DNA of 64,000 nt from the NCBI GenBank assembly GCA_963801165.1, contig CAWDDT010000004.1, positions 224,001 to 288,000 on the forward strand. Reading direction: 5' to 3'. Under the pieces are notes generated by a model. It was not told where the DNA came from. It saw only the letters and a program-made list of their open reading frames with translations, and did not search any database. The DNA comes from an uncultured bacterium. Lineage in GTDB: Bacteria > Actinomycetota > Acidimicrobiia > Spongiisociales > UBA5794. This document shows, one piece after another, positions 60,012 through 64,000 of this stretch. The first letter of the stretch is position 1. Each line of letters begins with the position of its first letter. The position numbers and the translations under genes were made by a program.

Positions 60012-61240
60012 TGGTGCACCCCGGCTCGATTGCCCTCACCAACATCGGTCAACTGGTCACCAACGACCCTGCGCGGGGCGACCTGCTCGGGGTTGTCGCC
60101 GACGCCGTCGTCGTGATCGAAGATGGGGTTGTCGTGTGGGCCGGGGAGCGCACCGAGATGCCGGACGCGTTCGATGCCGTCGATTGTGAAGGGAGGGCGG
60201 TCCTCCCCGGTTTCGTCGATCCCCACACCCACGCGGCCTTTGCCGGTGACCGGTCCGACGAGTTCGCCCGCAGGCTGCGAGGGGAGAGCTACGAGCAGAT
60301 CATGGCGAGCGGGGGTGGTATCCAGTCAACCGTTGCCGCGACCCGCCGGGCATCGCGTGACGAGCTGATCCATCTCACCACTAACCGGCTGCTGCGGATG
60401 AGAGGCTCCGGAGCGACGACGGTCGAGATCAAGTCCGGGTACGGGCTCGACGGGGAGCACGAGCTGATGCTTCTCGAGGTGGCCGCCGTCGCCGGAGCAG
60501 CGGCCGGCGTCGATGTTGTGCCGACCTTCCTCGGGGCGCACACGACCCCGCCGGAGTTCACCGGAGATGCCGACGGTTATGTCGACTACCTCATCGAGCA
60601 GGTATTGCCGGAGTGTGCCCCGCACGCCCGGTTCTGTGACGTGTTCTGCGACGAGGGAGTCTTCACGGTCGACCAGGCCAGACGTGTGCTCGTCGCCGGC
60701 AAGGCCCATGGGCTGGTTCCCCGCCTGCATGCCAACCAGCTGGCTCGCTCGGGCGGGGTGCAGCTTGCGGCCGAAGTGGGTGCGATCAGTGCCGACCACC
60801 TCGATCATCTCGAAGACGACGATATCGAGCTTGTGCGGGCGGCCGGTATCGTTGCGGTGATGCTGCCCGGGGTGGCGTTCTCGTTGCGACTGCCGCAGGC
60901 GCGGGGCCGTGACCTGTGGGATGCGGGAGTCCCGGTAGCGCTGGGAACGGACTGCAACCCGGGGACGTCGAACGTCGAGACGATGCCGTTCGTCGTGGCT
61001 CTGGCATGTCTGGAGATGGGGTTATCGCCCGAGCAGGCGGTGTGGAGCGCCACCCGCGGTGGGGCGCTTGCTCTCGGGCTCGAGGACAGGGGTTGGCTGG
61101 GACCCGGTGCCGTGGGCGATCTGGTGATCCTGAACGACACCTCGTACGTGCACCTCGCCTACAGGCCGGACGCACCGCATGTCGCCGGCGTCATCAAGCG
61201 CGGTGTTCGCCGCGACGCCCTCAGCCCCGGGCGGCAGTGA
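60011..61240 (+). CDS. hutI: Imidazolonepropionase
   Basis: DPHTH, GGGI..TV..TR, EIKSGYGL, TFLGAH, TDCNPG. Confidence 0.96.
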   Translation: MVHPGSIALTNIGQLVTNDPARGDLLGVVADAVVVIEDGVVVWAGERTEMPDAFDAVDCEGRAVLPGFVDPHTHAAFAGDRSDEFARRLRGESYEQIMASGGGIQSTVAATRRASRDELIHLTTNRLLRMRGSGATTVEIKSGYGLDGEHELMLLEVAAVAGAAAGVDVVPTFLGAHTTPPEFTGDADGYVDYLIEQVLPECAPHARFCDVFCDEGVFTVDQARRVLVAGKAHGLVPRLHANQLARSGGVQLAAEVGAISADHLDHLEDDDIELVRAAGIVAVMLPGVAFSLRLPQARGRDLWDAGVPVALGTDCNPGTSNVETMPFVVALACLEMGLSPEQAVWSATRGGALALGLEDRGWLGPGAVGDLVILNDTSYVHLAYRPDAPHVAGVIKRGVRRDALSPGRQ

Positions 61241-62978
61241 CCCATGGTTCGTCGAGCTCGTTGACGTCCGGCGGTCCGAGGGGGAGGCTGAGCACGAACT
61301 CGCTGCCCACCGGATGGCTGGGGCGGTACACGAGGTCACCGACCATGGCCCGCGCCAGATGCCGGGCGATCGCCAACCCCATGCCATAGCCCCGAACCCT
61401 GCTTCCGTCCTTCTCCCCGCGGTCCCAGAACCGGAAGACACTGGCGGCCAACTCCGGGGGGACGCCGGGGCCCCGATCTGACACCACGATGTCGCAACCC
61501 GACCCCACCACGGCTGCCGACACGGCAACGCCGACCTTGCCGTACTTGGCGGCGTTCTCGACCAGGTTGCGGATGACCTGAACCAGCCGGTCGGGATCTG
61601 CGATCAGGGTGATCGACGGGTCGATGGTCGTCTCGACCGCGACCCCGTAGCGGCTGTCGACCAGGCTGATCGCCTCGGTAGCCGCTTGTTTGAGGTTGAT
61701 GATGCCCAGATGGAGCCGGAGCCGGCCGGTCTCGAGATGCGAGAGCGTCAGCAGATCGTCGACGAGAAGCGACAGGTGCGTCGACTGTCGGAGGATGATG
61801 GATAGGAATTCGGCGATCTCGGGCTCGGTGAGCGCCGTCCAGTCGTTGCTCAGCATCTCTGCGAATCCGGAGATCGCGGTTGCCGGTGTGCGCAGCTCGT
61901 GTGACACCATGCGCATGAAGCGGTTGCGGTTGTCGATCAGATCCTGTTCCCGTTGCCTGGCGACGGTGCGGCTGCGGTTGAACCAGTGGGCGATCAGGCC
62001 AAAGCAGGCGAGGACGACGAGAAGGAGCGGGGCGACGATACCGGTCACCAGCCGGATCTGCCTGGCGGTCTCGATCCGGTCGTCGAGGTTCTGCCGGGTG
62101 GATTCGAGCGCGGCGTTCACCATCTCGTCGATCGATCGCTGGGTGGCGTCTGCGGCGGCGTACGCTTCGTCGATCGATACAACGACCGGGCTTCGGTTGG
62201 CGACATTGAGCACCACGTTGTCGAGCGTGCTCATCGCATCGCTGGACACAAGCGAGCTGATCGCGTCCTGTGACGGTCCCGGCGTGCCGGCGGCCTCCAG
62301 GTCGGCGGCAAAGGCCGCGCTCGGAACTGGGGTCTCAGCGACGATCTCGGCAGGTATCTCCAACCGGTCCATGAACCGGCTCACGAAATCGGGGATGCCC
62401 TGGCCCCGCCGGCTCGCCCGCTCCACATCGAGATAGAAGTACTGCCAGACCGAAGATGGCAGCGACGCCAGGTTCTCGAGGGTGGCGATCTCCCCGGCGT
62501 GGTGCTCCTCGGCAGGGACGACGCCGGCGCAGCAGGCGATGTCGAAGACGGTGTCGTAGGCAGCGAGCCGCTCGAACGGATCGGCGATGCTCGCCGGCTC
62601 CTCGATCCCCGGGAGGGCGGCCAGCCAGCGCTGTGCTTCGTGGCCTACGGAGTCTGCCCGGGTAGCGAGGTCCTCGACTCGATCGGCGGCGTTGTTGACG
62701 GCCATGGTGCGCTGGGCGGTGATCGGACTGGCGACCATGGATTGCGCTCCGTTGATCCCGTCGACGACCGTGGCCGCCTGCTCGGCGGCAACGAGGGTGG
62801 CGAGGTCGTGACGCTGCTCTAGTAAGTCCACGGCGGCGCGGTCGCGCTCGGCTCCGCTAATGCGCTGTGCCGCAGATGCCGTGAAGGTCAGCGCGATGGC
62901 GACGGTCGCAACGGCAAGGCCTCCAAGCCCCAATGCGACAAGGAACGTGGTTGCACCCGAGGGTCGTCTACTGGCCAT
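61221..62978 (-). CDS. Orphan two-TM sensor histidine kinase
   Basis: TM, about 280-aa extracellular helical domain, TM; SHELRTP, NLVENA, GYGMGL. Confidence 0.88.
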   Translation of the reverse strand: MASRRPSGATTFLVALGLGGLAVATVAIALTFTASAAQRISGAERDRAAVDLLEQRHDLATLVAAEQAATVVDGINGAQSMVASPITAQRTMAVNNAADRVEDLATRADSVGHEAQRWLAALPGIEEPASIADPFERLAAYDTVFDIACCAGVVPAEEHHAGEIATLENLASLPSSVWQYFYLDVERASRRGQGIPDFVSRFMDRLEIPAEIVAETPVPSAAFAADLEAAGTPGPSQDAISSLVSSDAMSTLDNVVLNVANRSPVVVSIDEAYAAADATQRSIDEMVNAALESTRQNLDDRIETARQIRLVTGIVAPLLLVVLACFGLIAHWFNRSRTVARQREQDLIDNRNRFMRMVSHELRTPATAISGFAEMLSNDWTALTEPEIAEFLSIILRQSTHLSLLVDDLLTLSHLETGRLRLHLGIINLKQAATEAISLVDSRYGVAVETTIDPSITLIADPDRLVQVIRNLVENAAKYGKVGVAVSAAVVGSGCDIVVSDRGPGVPPELAASVFRFWDRGEKDGSRVRGYGMGLAIARHLARAMVGDLVYRPSHPVGSEFVLSLPLGPPDVNELDEPWVTAARG

Positions 62979-63035
62979 TGACGTTGTATCGGGCCGTTGC
63001 CGCGGCACCTGAACCCGTCGTGCCAAACTGACCCC

Positions 63036-63839
63036 ATGGTCGTCCCATATCTGAGTGCCGAATACCCGTTGCGTTTTGCGCACCGAGGCTCGAGGGTTTT
63101 GTGGCCTGAGAACACGGCCGAGGCTTTCCAGGGTGCGGTGGACCTCGGCTACACGTACCTGGAGACCGATGTACGCATCACGAGAGACGGCGTGGTTGTA
63201 GTGTTCCACGACGAGACTCTGGAGCGGACAACGAACGGAGCCGGGCCCGTCGACCGGTGGGACTTCGCGGATCTGCAACAGCTCGACGCCGCCTACTGGT
63301 TCGACGAGGCCGATGGATACCCGCGGCGCGGCACAGGGGTCCGGGTGCGGGCGTTGGCCGAGGTTTTCGAGCTTTGGCCGGAAGCACACTTCAACATCGA
63401 TCTGAAGGGACCGAACCTCGAATGGGTGGTGGCCGATCTGATCAAGCGACACGGCATGGAACACAAGACCCTGATCGGCTCATTCGTCGATCACCGCATT
63501 GCCCGGTTCCGGCGAATCACCAGGGGTGAAGTAGCCACATCGGCAGGTCCGGGGTCGGTACTGGCGATGGTGACGGCATCTCGATTCGGAAGGAATGTGC
63601 CCACCAGGGCTCAGGCATACCAGTTGCCATTCGACTACCGCTCCGTGCCGATCGATCGCAGACTGATCGCCGCGATCCATGCGGCCGGAGCCCAAGTGCA
63701 CACCTGGACCGTCAACGAGGCGGTCGACATGCACCGTCTTCTCGACCTGGGGGTGGACGGCATCGTCTCCGATAGGCCCGACGTCCTCAACGACGTGATA
63801 CGAGACAGAGGGGGCAGCAACGGTGGTGCCGATGTCTGA
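63036..63839 (+). CDS. Glycerophosphodiester phosphodiesterase
   Basis: AHRG...PENT, ETDV, HD, NIDLK, WTVN, GVDGIVSD. Confidence 0.93.
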   Translation: MVVPYLSAEYPLRFAHRGSRVLWPENTAEAFQGAVDLGYTYLETDVRITRDGVVVVFHDETLERTTNGAGPVDRWDFADLQQLDAAYWFDEADGYPRRGTGVRVRALAEVFELWPEAHFNIDLKGPNLEWVVADLIKRHGMEHKTLIGSFVDHRIARFRRITRGEVATSAGPGSVLAMVTASRFGRNVPTRAQAYQLPFDYRSVPIDRRLIAAIHAAGAQVHTWTVNEAVDMHRLLDLGVDGIVSDRPDVLNDVIRDRGGSNGGADV

Positions 63840-63898
63840 GGCGAGGCGCTATCCGAGGCGACCCGGCCGCGGGTCGGCGACAAGGTATTCGCGGAGTC

Positions 63899-64000
63899 TT
63901 AGATCCCGGGCGGCGTGTACGGCATGCCCTGCAACTGGATGAGCCGGTGGATGGCGGCGTCCCTGGCTCCGTTGAAATCGGCGCCGGCCACCTCGTAGCG
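63899..64000 (-). CDS. 3' end of an unidentified gene running off the window
   Basis: Open frame RYEVAGADFNGARDAAIHRLIQLQGMPYTPPGI* with GC-rich third positions. Confidence 0.55.
   Translation of the reverse strand, partial: RYEVAGADFNGARDAAIHRLIQLQGMPYTPPGI

Noticed and set aside
62979-63464. N-terminal extension of the 747-aa kinase ORF
   Set aside because: Antisense to the phosphodiesterase; the first TM starts right after Met at 62978.

Overview
This is high-GC, densely coding bacterial chromosome. Gene content suggests Actinomycetota, probably an Acidimicrobiia-type lineage (MprAB-like pair, DUF222-HNH gene, sigmaR/sigmaH-type promoter, many leaderless genes, Thr-rich lipoproteins); this placement is inference only. 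The window holds about 63 CDS: three ABC export loci, a Dpp/Opp peptide ABC operon with an XRE-cupin regulator, zwf, a DinG-family helicase, TldD/PmbA, a His-tailed thioredoxin, a complete System I ccm operon, a VWA lipoprotein, an ECF sigma/anti-sigma pair, M20 and M1 peptidases, split hutH and hutUI genes, a CapA-family protein and three orphan histidine kinases. I saw no rRNA, tRNA, CRISPR array, prophage or intact transposase. The best candidate for a new system is at 27148-29701. There, an 86-aa secreted-type peptide with three G-(x)-S-W-[ST] motifs is transcribed divergently from a polytopic membrane GAF histidine kinase. Both genes sit behind mirror-image sigma28-like promoters (TCAAG-N16-GCCGA), which suggests a peptide-signal/receptor module. 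Other notable points are an anti-Shine-Dalgarno-loop hairpin, a structured 106-bp tandem duplication, many micro-tandem duplications, and two frameshifted genes. All calls come from reading the sequence and motifs by eye; no searches were run.
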